In this document: positions 49,789 through 58,627 of the stretch, in pieces
Layout of the letters: every line of letters starts with the position of its first letter
Position numbering within the stretch: position 1 is the stretch's first letter
Assembly: GCA_963720265.1 (NCBI GenBank)
Contig: CAVRET010000002.1
Location: forward strand, 71,602 to 135,601
Source of the DNA: an uncultured bacterium
Lineage (GTDB): Bacteria > Patescibacteriota > Saccharimonadia > UBA4664
DNA length: 64,000 nt
Reading direction: 5' to 3'
Notes under the pieces: generated by a model
What the model saw: only the letters and a program-made list of their open reading frames with translations
Databases searched by the model: none
What the model was told of the DNA's origin: nothing
Translations under genes and position numbers: made by a program

Positions 49789-50973
49789 ATGCCCGTAACC
49801 ATGAAGATCCTACTCGTCACCGAGAGCTACTGGCCCAATGCCGACGGTGGCGCCTTATTTGAACGCCGCCTCGTGCTCGGATTAATTAACCGCGGTCATA
49901 AACTAAGTGTTTGGACCCCGGGTACCAAACTGAGCTCATATGACGAACAAGACGGTGCATACACCATCCATCGCGAAAAATCCGTCCGCTTTATTGTTAA
50001 TCCGAAATACCGAGTAAGCTACTGGCCGTTCCTGCGCGCGCGCAAGCTTATCCGCGCTGAGCGGCCGGACGTTATTCACATTCACAACTTCTGGTTCCTA
50101 GGCTTAAGCGCCATGTGGTGGGCGAAGCGCTATCGCATTCCCATTATCGCAACCAATCACTTCATGCCTGAAAACGCCCTGCTTAACTTACGGTTCCTCA
50201 GGCCGGTTGCCAAACCGGCCGGTCGCATGGTTTGGTCGTATCTGGTAAAACTTCACAATCGTTGTAATTTTGTCACCAGCCCGACCCAAACAGCCGTAAA
50301 TCTACTACTGAAACACGGCCTAACCGCACCCGTTGAGGCCATAACCAACGGCATTGACACAAATGTCTTCAAACCGGACCTCGATACAACTGCAGTCCAA
50401 GAGAAATACCGGTTGCCCAAAGATCAGCCGATTATCCTCTACCTCGGCCGCGTTGACGGCGAGAAGCGCCTGGACCTCCTCGTGTCTGCCATCACTGAAG
50501 TCAAACCGCCGGCTCACCTTGTCATTGCCGGCTTCGGAGTGGCCCAAAAGACACTTGAGCAACAAGCAGCCAAGCTCGGCATCACTGATCGTGTCACCTT
50601 CACCGGCTACATCGATGAAGACGACAAAGCCGCGATCTACAACACTGCAACCGTATTTGCTATCTCGTCACCGGCTGAGCTGCAGAGCATTGTCCTGCTC
50701 GAGGCCATGGCATCAGCACTTCCGCTCGTGGCTGTAGATGTCGCCGCCCTCAGCGAGCTCTGCCGGAATGGCGAAAACGGCTATCTCTTCACTCGCGACG
50801 ACTGGCACGCCCTGGCCGCCGCTCTCAACCACCTCCTTGCCAACCCCAGGCTCGCCCACCGCTTCGGTCAAGCCAGCCGCCGCATCGTCGAACAGTCACA
50901 CAGCACAAACTACACCTTCGATCGCTACGAAGCCGCCTACGAGCGCCTCGTCACTTCACGCTCACAAGTGTAA
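49789..50973 (+). CDS. glycosyltransferase family 4 (GT-B, group 1)
   Basis: C-terminal EX7E-like region (LLEAMASALPLVAVDVAALSELCRNGENGYLF). Confidence 0.8.
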   Translation: MPVTMKILLVTESYWPNADGGALFERRLVLGLINRGHKLSVWTPGTKLSSYDEQDGAYTIHREKSVRFIVNPKYRVSYWPFLRARKLIRAERPDVIHIHNFWFLGLSAMWWAKRYRIPIIATNHFMPENALLNLRFLRPVAKPAGRMVWSYLVKLHNRCNFVTSPTQTAVNLLLKHGLTAPVEAITNGIDTNVFKPDLDTTAVQEKYRLPKDQPIILYLGRVDGEKRLDLLVSAITEVKPPAHLVIAGFGVAQKTLEQQAAKLGITDRVTFTGYIDEDDKAAIYNTATVFAISSPAELQSIVLLEAMASALPLVAVDVAALSELCRNGENGYLFTRDDWHALAAALNHLLANPRLAHRFGQASRRIVEQSHSTNYTFDRYEAAYERLVTSRSQV

Positions 50974-51652
50974 CGTCAAACACCAGCACCGCATTGGCCG
51001 GCACCTGCGGGCTCTTGCCCTGCGAGCCATACCCCACGCTCGGCGGCACGATAATACGCCGTTCACCACCAACCTTCATCCCAAATACCCCCTCCTGAAA
51101 TCCCACGATCACGTTCGAAGAGCCAACCGTAAAGGTATAGGGGTCTCCAGAGGTGGCGGCGTCAAATTCCGTTCCATTTGTCAGCCAAGCCGTATATTCA
51201 ACCGTTACAACACTACCCTTCGCCACTGTCGTACCGGTCCCAGGCTGAGTATCGATATAAAGCGCGTCCGCGTTCGTTGCATACTTGTCGTATACACTAA
51301 ACCCGCTCGGATCCGGCAGCGAATTCGAGCTCGAATTCGAGCCTGAGTCCGAACCCCCGCTCGAATCACCGCTGCTCTCATTCTGGCCACTACTCGTCTG
51401 ATCACCCTCCACTGACCCTTGGCTCCCACCGTTCGTCACTTCCAACCCGTTGAAAGGCGTCGGGGTCGGCGAACCCGTAAGCGGAATCGCTGTCCCGTCA
51501 TTATTCGGATTCAAATTTGCTGCCAGCTTTCCCCCGCTCGCACTGGCTGTTGTATCATTCCGATGTAAAAATAACCACGCCACCACGCCAAATCCTACGA
51601 GTACCCCCGCACCAACCGTCACACCACTAAACTTCACCCACCTACGCATCAC
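50951..51652 (-). CDS. FKBP-type peptidyl-prolyl cis-trans isomerase, TM-anchored with Ser-rich linker
   Basis: The C-terminal FKBP domain contains GSVVTVEYTAWLTNGTEFD...GFQEGVFGMKVGGERRIIVPP...VFDVTLVSV. Confidence 0.75.
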   Translation of the reverse strand: MMRRWVKFSGVTVGAGVLVGFGVVAWLFLHRNDTTASASGGKLAANLNPNNDGTAIPLTGSPTPTPFNGLEVTNGGSQGSVEGDQTSSGQNESSGDSSGGSDSGSNSSSNSLPDPSGFSVYDKYATNADALYIDTQPGTGTTVAKGSVVTVEYTAWLTNGTEFDAATSGDPYTFTVGSSNVIVGFQEGVFGMKVGGERRIIVPPSVGYGSQGKSPQVPANAVLVFDVTLVSVK

Positions 51653-51705
51653 GTCCGATTGTATCAGAAAAGCCCTTATGACACTCTGAGGTTGTTTACA
51701 AATCG

Positions 51706-52668
51706 TTACAGTTCTAACGAACGCGGCGCAAGTAGGGCTTCTAGCTCTATCATCAAACGCTCGCCGAGCCGATCCGCAGACTCTTTCGTAATACCGCCGA
51801 TGTGAGGAGTAATGACCACGTTGTTTGAGTTAACCATCTCCTGAATACGCGGGTCAGCCTTGCTTATATTAAACGGCTCACCCTCAATTACATCCAGTGC
51901 AGCACCAGCCAATTTTTTCTCATATAGCGCCTCAGCCACGGCCAAGGTATCTACTACCACGCCACGGCCAACGTTTACTAGGATTGCATCGGGCTTCATA
52001 CGAGACAGCGCTGATGAACCAATCATATGCTCCGTGTCATTGCTAGCCGGAACGGCCACTACCAGAAAATCTGCCTTAGCCAAAACCTCGTTAAAGCCCC
52101 AAAACTTTTGCAGTCCCAACTGCTTTGCTCGCTCCACACTGGGATTTTTAGTATATGCCACAACATTCATCTCAAATCCATGCCCAATATTAATCAATTC
52201 ACGCCCAATATTGCCTGCGCCAATTATCCCAATGGTCTTGCCGGCCAACTCATCACCCTCAAAGTACTGAAAATCCCAACCTCCGCCTCGCGCATAGTTG
52301 TTTGCCATTGGCACCTTCCTGAGCAAACTAATTAATATCGCGAACGCCATCTCGGCCACACCGCGCGCGTTATACCCCGGAAAATTAACCACCTTGATCC
52401 CTCGCTGCGCACAGTACTCGGTGTCAATGTGGTCGGTACCCACGCTCGTCGTAATAATGGCTCGCAGCTTCGGCCATTTGCGCAGCACAGTCTTATACTG
52501 AGAGAGGTCGGTCACGATAATGTCCGCGTCCTTGCCACGTTCCGATAATTCTGCTTCGTCGGCAGCAAACTCCGAGTACTGTTCTACTTCCAACCCTGGT
52601 AGGCGACATATACGCTCAACTATCTCAGGCGTCAGTACAACTGGCGGATCTGTAAATACGAGATTCAT
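51706..52668 (-). CDS. D-isomer-specific 2-hydroxyacid dehydrogenase (NAD-dependent), canonical
   Basis: GIIGAGNIGRE NAD motif; catalytic Arg (VGRGVVVD), Glu (LDVIEGEP) and His (ITPHIGG) are all present. Confidence 0.8.
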   Translation of the reverse strand: MNLVFTDPPVVLTPEIVERICRLPGLEVEQYSEFAADEAELSERGKDADIIVTDLSQYKTVLRKWPKLRAIITTSVGTDHIDTEYCAQRGIKVVNFPGYNARGVAEMAFAILISLLRKVPMANNYARGGGWDFQYFEGDELAGKTIGIIGAGNIGRELINIGHGFEMNVVAYTKNPSVERAKQLGLQKFWGFNEVLAKADFLVVAVPASNDTEHMIGSSALSRMKPDAILVNVGRGVVVDTLAVAEALYEKKLAGAALDVIEGEPFNISKADPRIQEMVNSNNVVITPHIGGITKESADRLGERLMIELEALLAPRSLEL

Positions 52669-53921
52669 CGTGCACTTCTCCCCAATTTCAGCTGCTTGAG
52701 AATAGCTAGGACCTCTTGGTTATTGCGCGCCATCGACTGCTTCGTATAAAAGCCGAGCTCAGGGGTTATCACTACGTTGGGAAAATTCATAATCTTACGA
52801 TACTTACTGGCCGGAAAATTATTAAAAATCCCGACCGCATCGGCGAAATAATCGAGAGCGATCGCGATAATATCTCTTGAAATTATCAGCTCTCGCAACA
52901 AATCAACGTCTAAATCGAGTGAATAGCTCAAGAACAGAAAGTACTTTGCTCTCATTTTCCTGTTCATCAAATTTGGACCAAGTTCAACCATCGCATTCAA
53001 ATCCTCGGGGAAAATCACGACATCACAGGAGTGAAAGAGCTCACTTAGGGGCGTATATGCTGCTACGCCCAAATCACCGGGAGGCAAAGATGTCTGATCC
53101 GGATCGCAAACCATTACCCCACAACCAAAAGCTCTCAGCAGCGGTATGATCTCGCGGCCTTCGCGCTTTACACCTACAACTCCAACAGTTTTCCCGTGTA
53201 GCTCCTCCGACACAAAACCGCGGTAATCAAACTGGCCCAGCCTCAGTGCCTCTGCCGCCGGATATAGAGGCCGCAAGACGTGGAATAACGAGGCAAACAC
53301 AAACTCAGTTCTGGCAGCTTTCTTGTAATATTCATACGGCGTCAAGGAACGCACCTCAATGCCCAACTCACGACACGCCTCAACGTCGACCATCTCCGTA
53401 GTTATCGAGGCTGTCACAATACACTTCAGCCTAGGGCACTTCATCAGCATTTGCTTATCTATGGCGACGGAAAAAAATGTCACTACCACGTCAGCATCAG
53501 AACATCGCAAAATAAACGCCTCCGGGCTGATGCGCACTGGTGAATCAGGGTAGCTCACCACTTCGTAGTCGCTGAGTTGATCGAGTGCCTCTTTCGACAA
53601 CACGTACCAGTCGCAAAAAACCAGTTTGGGCTTCTTGCCAGCCACCGTTGACCTTGGTGAATCCAATAGGAGCTCAGTTAGAGCCCGCTGCTGCTCCGCA
53701 ATCACTTTTTGCAGCCTGGAAGTCTCTGCTACTCGGTAAATAACCCGCCGTGTCGATACCTTCACCTCCTCAAGTACCCCCTTGTGAACCAGTGATTGCA
53801 GCTGATAATGCAACGTTGAGCGGTGCATTTGCAAATCCCGTGCTAAATTAGGCAAGGTCGCATGGCCCCGTTCTTGTATAGCCCGTATCGTTTTTGTCTC
53901 TTCCGGCGAAATCAAAAGCAT
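52665..53921 (-). CDS. wHTH DNA-binding domain fused to a catalytically degenerate D-2-hydroxyacid-dehydrogenase-like domain
   Basis: N-terminal wHTH (ATLPNLARDLQMHRSTLHYQLQSLVHKGVLE). The C-terminus has a Rossmann motif (GKTVGVVGVKREG) but reads TPELG instead of TPH, and lacks the catalytic Arg and Glu. Its stop overlaps the start of the canonical paralog. Confidence 0.6.
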   Translation of the reverse strand: MLLISPEETKTIRAIQERGHATLPNLARDLQMHRSTLHYQLQSLVHKGVLEEVKVSTRRVIYRVAETSRLQKVIAEQQRALTELLLDSPRSTVAGKKPKLVFCDWYVLSKEALDQLSDYEVVSYPDSPVRISPEAFILRCSDADVVVTFFSVAIDKQMLMKCPRLKCIVTASITTEMVDVEACRELGIEVRSLTPYEYYKKAARTEFVFASLFHVLRPLYPAAEALRLGQFDYRGFVSEELHGKTVGVVGVKREGREIIPLLRAFGCGVMVCDPDQTSLPPGDLGVAAYTPLSELFHSCDVVIFPEDLNAMVELGPNLMNRKMRAKYFLFLSYSLDLDVDLLRELIISRDIIAIALDYFADAVGIFNNFPASKYRKIMNFPNVVITPELGFYTKQSMARNNQEVLAILKQLKLGRSAR

Positions 53922-53989
53922 TTTCTCATCCTAAAGCGTTTCTTTAGTTTTGTAAAATTAATTTAGTATTTAGTTTAAATTTATTCTCT

Positions 53990-54017
53990 ATTATGTATGA
54001 AAATTTTCATACATAAT
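53990..54017. promoter_or_regulatory. 28-bp perfect AT-rich palindrome (candidate operator)
   Basis: ATTATGTATGAAAATTTTCATACATAAT. It lies about 70-95 bp upstream of the wHTH-dehydrogenase start, in the promoter region between it and ssrA. Confidence 0.4.
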
Positions 54018-54086
54018 AAAATGCAACGAGCTCAATAGGCCTTAGCCGTAATCAAAAAAACCCCAGCACGTTGGCTAAGGCTCTTT

Positions 54087-54464
54087 TGGTGGAGCTGCGG
54101 GGAATTGCACCCCGGTCCGCCGAGTCACACGACAGCGCACTACAGGTTTAGTCTACCTGGGAGTCTTAGCCAAGCGTCTGTGAGCAGACGAAACGGCGCT
54201 TGGAGCAGCCTCAAATCTTAGGGTTCGAGCAGAGGCGCACTCGAAACTGCAACCCGATAAATTGACACCGGCGAACCCCTACCGGGTATCAGGTGCCGAT
54301 GGCTTTCGTTATTAGGCGAAAGCAGGAGCGAGCGAAGGCATGCTAAAAGCAGACTTCACCCGCGAAAGAAAGTTGGCAATTGAGCTAACTTGATGGAATC
54401 TGACGTTTGCCTCCGACCTGCGCGTATGTCCTGTAAAATTCCCGACGTCGAAGCTGATCAGCCC
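54087..54464 (-). ncRNA. ssrA: tmRNA (ssrA)
   Basis: The 5' end is GGGGCUGAUCAGCUUCGACGUCGGG (E. coli begins GGGGCUGAU...UUCGACGGG). The 3' end is GGACCGGGGUGCAAUUCCCCGCAGCUCCACCA (E. coli ends ...CCAGCUCCACCA). The acceptor stem has the G3-U70 Ala identity pair. An internal tag frame ends ...PSLAPAFA-TAA-TAA. Confidence 0.8.
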
Positions 54465-54647
54465 CACGTTTATGGACCAAAGTATAGCATATTGAGCTAA
54501 TTGAGGCAAGAATAAGCATAAGAAGTGTTGTGGTAAAAACGACGTTTTAACAAAAACTGCTTGCCTGTGTCCAAGCTTTTTGGTGCAACCGCCGAAGCAC
54601 TATGGCAGCCGCTTCCCTACCATTATGGGCATAAGGAGGAACGTTAA

Positions 54648-54884
54648 ATGACATACGACGAAGAACTAGACTACTTGGAAGATGATGAGATGATGACAGC
54701 TGACCTCAGCGACGACAGTGCCGAAGCTGACGCTGCTGACACCTTCGGTGAGCGACTCGACTACGACATCGACGAGACCCTAACCGAGGACGAGGCCACG
54801 CCAGACGGCGAGGAAGACGAGGCTATCAGCACGACGCCCGAGGACCTAGTCGGCGAGGAGGTCGAGGATCATCGAGCCTTCTAG
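54648..54884 (+). CDS. small highly acidic protein (78 aa, about 40% Asp/Glu)
   Basis: Strong RBS AAGGAGGaacgttaa-ATG. A strong terminator follows immediately. No recognisable domain. Confidence 0.5.
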   Translation: MTYDEELDYLEDDEMMTADLSDDSAEADAADTFGERLDYDIDETLTEDEATPDGEEDEAISTTPEDLVGEEVEDHRAF

Positions 54885-54897
54885 TAGTTACTAGCTG

Positions 54898-54936
54898 AAA
54901 AAACGCGGCCGCATGATTATCTCGGCCGCGTTTTTT
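54898..54936 (+). terminator. rho-independent terminator (bidirectional-looking)
   Basis: AAAAAACGCGGCCG catgattatct CGGCCGCGTTTTTT. Confidence 0.6.
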
Positions 54937-54952
54937 GCGCTAAAATAACGTT

Positions 54953-56242
54953 ATGAGAATTGGCGTCTTCACAGACCGGTATCTCCCCCAGACCGATGGA
55001 GTGTCCGTAGCCGTCGAAATCATGCGGACCGAGCTGGAGAAAATGGGCCACGAGGTCTATATTTTGGCGCCTCGCCCCAGCTGGCGCTATCGTGAACGCT
55101 CACCGCGCATTATCCGCTTCGCAGCGGTCAAAGGCTTATTTTTTGATGACTATCTCATGACTTTTTACTTCCCTTTCCAAGCTACCCGCCAGATCGATAA
55201 ATTGAACCTCGACATTGTTCACTTCCAAACTCCAGGGCAAATTGGGCTTTTGGGAGCCTATTACGCCATTCATGCCAGTAAACCACTCATCACCACATAT
55301 CACACCGATTTGGTCGAATACATCAAGCATTACCCGAAGGTCATTGTTGGGACGATTGCGCTAGCAGCCTTAGCGCCGGCCATCGTGGATGGGCACTTTG
55401 AGGATTATCGCAGGAATCTTGTCGCCATGATGCCCAAACGCAACATTGCTCAATGGCACGAAAAGATTGTCATCCATGGCCTTACGCTCCTGCACAATCA
55501 CTGCGATCTGGTCATCGCACCCTCGGACAAAATCAAACAACAGCTCGAATCATTTGGAACTACAACCGAGGTGAAAGTTTTAGCCTCCGGAATTGACAAA
55601 ATTACAACAACAGATGCCGACATCGAGCATTGGCGACATGAGCTTAACTATGCCGCTTCAGACAAAGTTATCATCTTTGTTGGGCGTATTGGAACCGAAA
55701 AAAATATTGGGCTGCTGATTCGCAGCTTCAACATCGTTGCCAGACGGAACTTAAACGCCAAGCTCCTCATTATTGGTGCCGGCGATGACCTCACGTTTTT
55801 CAAAACCCAAGCCTCAGAGTCACCTTATGCCGACCGGATTACATTTACCGGACAAATCGAAAATTCACGTCTCGGCGCGCTGTACGGCCTCTCAACTGTC
55901 CTTGGTTTCCCAAGTCTGAGTGAGACCCAAGGCCTTGTTGTGAACGAAGCTGTAGCCGCCGGTTTACCCGTTGTAATGATCGAACACGACATCACAACAG
56001 CTGTAATTGAGGGAGAAAATGGCTTTTTCGCACGCAATTCGGCCAGAGATTTTGCCGCCAAACTCCTCCGAATCATTTCCGATCAAGACCTACAGCACCG
56101 CTTTTCCGGGCGTAGTCTCGAGCTGGCGACCAAAGTTACGGCCGCCAAGCAAACAGCTAAACTCCTCGGCCTCTACCACGAAACCGCCGAGCTTCACCAA
56201 GCTAAGATCCGCGCCCGCTCGGGTACCGCTGTGTCGCGCTAG
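54953..56242 (+). CDS. glycosyltransferase family 4 (diacylglycerol glycosyltransferase-like)
   Basis: It begins MRIGVFTDRYLPQTDGVSVAV, as is typical of GT4. The C-terminal EX7E region is LVVNEAVAAGLPVVMIEHD. Confidence 0.8.
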   Translation: MRIGVFTDRYLPQTDGVSVAVEIMRTELEKMGHEVYILAPRPSWRYRERSPRIIRFAAVKGLFFDDYLMTFYFPFQATRQIDKLNLDIVHFQTPGQIGLLGAYYAIHASKPLITTYHTDLVEYIKHYPKVIVGTIALAALAPAIVDGHFEDYRRNLVAMMPKRNIAQWHEKIVIHGLTLLHNHCDLVIAPSDKIKQQLESFGTTTEVKVLASGIDKITTTDADIEHWRHELNYAASDKVIIFVGRIGTEKNIGLLIRSFNIVARRNLNAKLLIIGAGDDLTFFKTQASESPYADRITFTGQIENSRLGALYGLSTVLGFPSLSETQGLVVNEAVAAGLPVVMIEHDITTAVIEGENGFFARNSARDFAAKLLRIISDQDLQHRFSGRSLELATKVTAAKQTAKLLGLYHETAELHQAKIRARSGTAVSR

Positions 56243-57024
56243 TTGACAGGACCAGCGGCCTCCCAGGCCACACTAAATAGCGCCCTCAGCCCGGCCGCCA
56301 ACGCATCGCTCCGCACTGCTAAGCCTATCGGGTTGGCAGCGCCAAGCGACAGCATCAAGATATTGTCGCCGGCAATCGTGAAATCACCGGTCATTGGAAA
56401 CATATCGCGCGGCAGCCAGCGCGATTGGTGATACGTTCCGTCGCTCACACTTTTGAGCAACGGTCCCGCTTCAGCCGTATACAAAAACCGGCTCTTGAGG
56501 CCGGTTTTGCGCCGCCACTGAGTTGCCATCTCGGCTCGAAACTCCGGAACATAGTTAAGCAGCAAATCCAGGTTGCTGAATCCATATACCGTATCCACTT
56601 GCGGCCCTCGCTCTTGCTGCAAAAAGGCGTTAAGGATAGTTTTAATACCGGCTGTGCTGTCGTAAAACTTCACATCCGGAGAATCCCTGGGTAATGATCG
56701 CAACGACTGCAAATCATCCAGCACCTGCGTAAAGCTATGCTGTTGCCGTTTGAGCTCCAATTCCCGCTTCTGGAGCAAGCGTTGTAGCCTAACCGGCTCT
56801 TCGGCCACAAACAGCGTTTTCTTACCCCTCACGGCCTGCGTCACGAGCCCCAGAGCCACCAGCGACTCCAATACCACATATGTGGTCACCCGTTTAATAC
56901 CGGCTTGCACTGCAATGTTCTGGACAGATGCCGGACCGAGCTGCAAACACGCAATATAGACCGAGGCCTCTTTATTGCTCAGGCCCAACTCCTCAATTCT
57001 TGGAACCAGGTGCCGGTTATTCAT
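56239..57024 (-). CDS. TrmB-family sugar-responsive transcriptional regulator
   Basis: N-terminal TrmB HTH (LGLSNKEASVYIACLQLGPASVQNIAVQAGIKRVTTYVVLESL) and a C-terminal sensor domain. Confidence 0.75.
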   Translation of the reverse strand: MNNRHLVPRIEELGLSNKEASVYIACLQLGPASVQNIAVQAGIKRVTTYVVLESLVALGLVTQAVRGKKTLFVAEEPVRLQRLLQKRELELKRQQHSFTQVLDDLQSLRSLPRDSPDVKFYDSTAGIKTILNAFLQQERGPQVDTVYGFSNLDLLLNYVPEFRAEMATQWRRKTGLKSRFLYTAEAGPLLKSVSDGTYHQSRWLPRDMFPMTGDFTIAGDNILMLSLGAANPIGLAVRSDALAAGLRALFSVAWEAAGPVN

Positions 57025-57100
57025 ATCGAGATTATATCAGCATATTACATTTTCGGATTTCGTTCGGTATTATCAAGTTCACCTGGCTTGGAGGCTACAA

Positions 57101-57322
57101 TGCTTGGCTGCCCTAGCCATAAACCGCTTAAATCTATCAGCCCGCGGCTACAACCGCATGCTCAAAATCGCCCGCACCGTTGCCGATCTGGATAGCTCTC
57201 CAAATATTGAAGTGAATCATTTTTCTGAGGCGTTACAATACCGGCCACGTCTAAAGCAGGCCAACGCAGTGAGCATCACCACTCAAGCCACACCGGTTAT
57301 ATCAGCTAACACTAAACGATGA
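57101..57322 (+). pseudogene. comM: remnant of comM/yifB (Mg-chelatase-like AAA ATPase), C-terminal ~50 codons only
   Basis: LNLSARGYNRMLKIARTVADLDSSPNIEVNHFSEALQYRP matches the conserved ComM C-terminus (LSARGYHRILKVARTIADL...HLAEALQYR). No N-terminal AAA or Lon parts are present, and the ORF overlaps the trmB end. Confidence 0.55.
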
Positions 57323-57661
57323 ATACACGCTGTTGCCGATCCCGGTGTGAGCAAAGAGGTACCAAAGGACAAGCTCAAGTGCTACTAGACAAACCGCAAA
57401 GACGGCAATCCGCCGCACATCTTTACCAACGTAAGAAAAGTCGCGGGCGCCAATCGCAACCACGCCCCTACTACTAGCGGATGATACCTGCTTGCGTGGA
57501 CCAACAGCTTCCCCCGGCCTCGTTTCCGCCGACCTATCACGACCCCCGGCCAGCTCCAAACCGGCCGCAACCGTTGGCTCCGTATATTTAAAACGATGCT
57601 TCTTAGATTGCTTCTTCTTCGCCATTGGCGACATAGTATCACATCTGGAACAGCGCGGCAC
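57302..57661 (-). CDS. basic N-terminus, C-terminal TM helix (hypothetical)
   Basis: A 119-aa ORF. The likely start is the internal MSPMAKKKQSKK or MAKKKQ. Support is weak. Confidence 0.35.
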   Translation of the reverse strand: MPRCSRCDTMSPMAKKKQSKKHRFKYTEPTVAAGLELAGGRDRSAETRPGEAVGPRKQVSSASSRGVVAIGARDFSYVGKDVRRIAVFAVCLVALELVLWYLFAHTGIGNSVYSSFSVS

Positions 57662-57728
57662 GTCAGTTGCACTGGTGCACGCACAAACTCTATACTGTGA
57701 AGGAACAAACAGGATGTGATGGTTATTT

Positions 57729-58196
57729 ATGGTAGTACCGATCGCAGTCGCGATACTGGCGCTTGTACTCGCAGCCTACAGTGTAAACGAAAATATACGC
57801 CTCAAGCGTCGCTTTCAGGCAGCGCTCGGCGGTACTAGCCCAAAGTCACTTGAAAGTCTGCTCACCGACCACCTCGCCAGGGTTAATGAAGTGGATCAAC
57901 GGCTCGTTATTCTAGACGATAAATACACGCGGCTTACCGATATGAGTAGTCTCGCGTCGCAAAAAATCTCAATCGTTCGCTTCAACCCGTTCGGCGACAC
58001 CGGCGGCGACCAGAGCTTCAGCTTAGCCGTCCTCGACGCACACGATTCCGGTTATATCTTAAGCAGCATCCACGGTCGCACTGGCACCCGAGTTTACGTA
58101 AAGCCAATCGACTTTGGTAAAAGTAAGTACACGCTTTCAACCGAGGAGCAGCAGGCGTTGTCGCAAGCAATGAAGCGTATACCCAAGGTCGCATAA
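57729..58196 (+). CDS. DUF4446-like protein with N-terminal TM
   Basis: Contains FNPFGDTGGDQSFSLAVLD and YVKPIDFGKS, which are typical of DUF4446. Confidence 0.6.
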   Translation: MVVPIAVAILALVLAAYSVNENIRLKRRFQAALGGTSPKSLESLLTDHLARVNEVDQRLVILDDKYTRLTDMSSLASQKISIVRFNPFGDTGGDQSFSLAVLDAHDSGYILSSIHGRTGTRVYVKPIDFGKSKYTLSTEEQQALSQAMKRIPKVA

Positions 58197-58214
58197 TCGC
58201 AGGAGGTCATTTTC

Positions 58215-58613
58215 ATGGCACGTAGAACACAAGATGAAGCTCTAGGTGTAATCGGTTCCGAAACCTTCATTGGCTCAGGAGTTGTTGTTAAAGGCAACCT
58301 CGCGAGCGATTCGGACATCACCATTGATGGTAATCTCGAAGGCGATATCAAGGCCGGCGGTGATGTCACGGTCGGTATCAACGCTCGCATTACTGCCAAT
58401 ATTGCAGCCACCAACGTAACAGTCGCCGGCACGGTAGTCGGCAGCATAATCGCCAGCGGTGAGGCCAGAATTGCTGAAAGCGGACACGTGAAGGGCGATA
58501 TCACAGCCGGCGGCCTAGCAATTAGCTCCGGCGGAGTCTTCATTGGCAACAGCCGCATGGAAGCCGGGCCTCGCCTGTCGCATCATAGCGATTCTGACAC
58601 CCCAAGGAGCTAG
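58215..58613 (+). CDS. bactofilin (CcmA/DUF583) cytoskeletal protein
   Basis: Beta-helical repeats: GNLASDSDITIDGNLEGDIKAGGDVTVG and GTVVGSIIASGEARIAESGHVKGDITAGG. Confidence 0.8.
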   Translation: MARRTQDEALGVIGSETFIGSGVVVKGNLASDSDITIDGNLEGDIKAGGDVTVGINARITANIAATNVTVAGTVVGSIIASGEARIAESGHVKGDITAGGLAISSGGVFIGNSRMEAGPRLSHHSDSDTPRS

Positions 58614-58627
58614 CAGGCCCAGCCGCC

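Noticed and set aside
56975-57100. N-terminal part of ORF 56975-57322 as a real protein
   Set aside because: It overlaps the trmB 3' end and has no RBS. Only the C-terminal ComM-like tail has homology, so this is a gene remnant.
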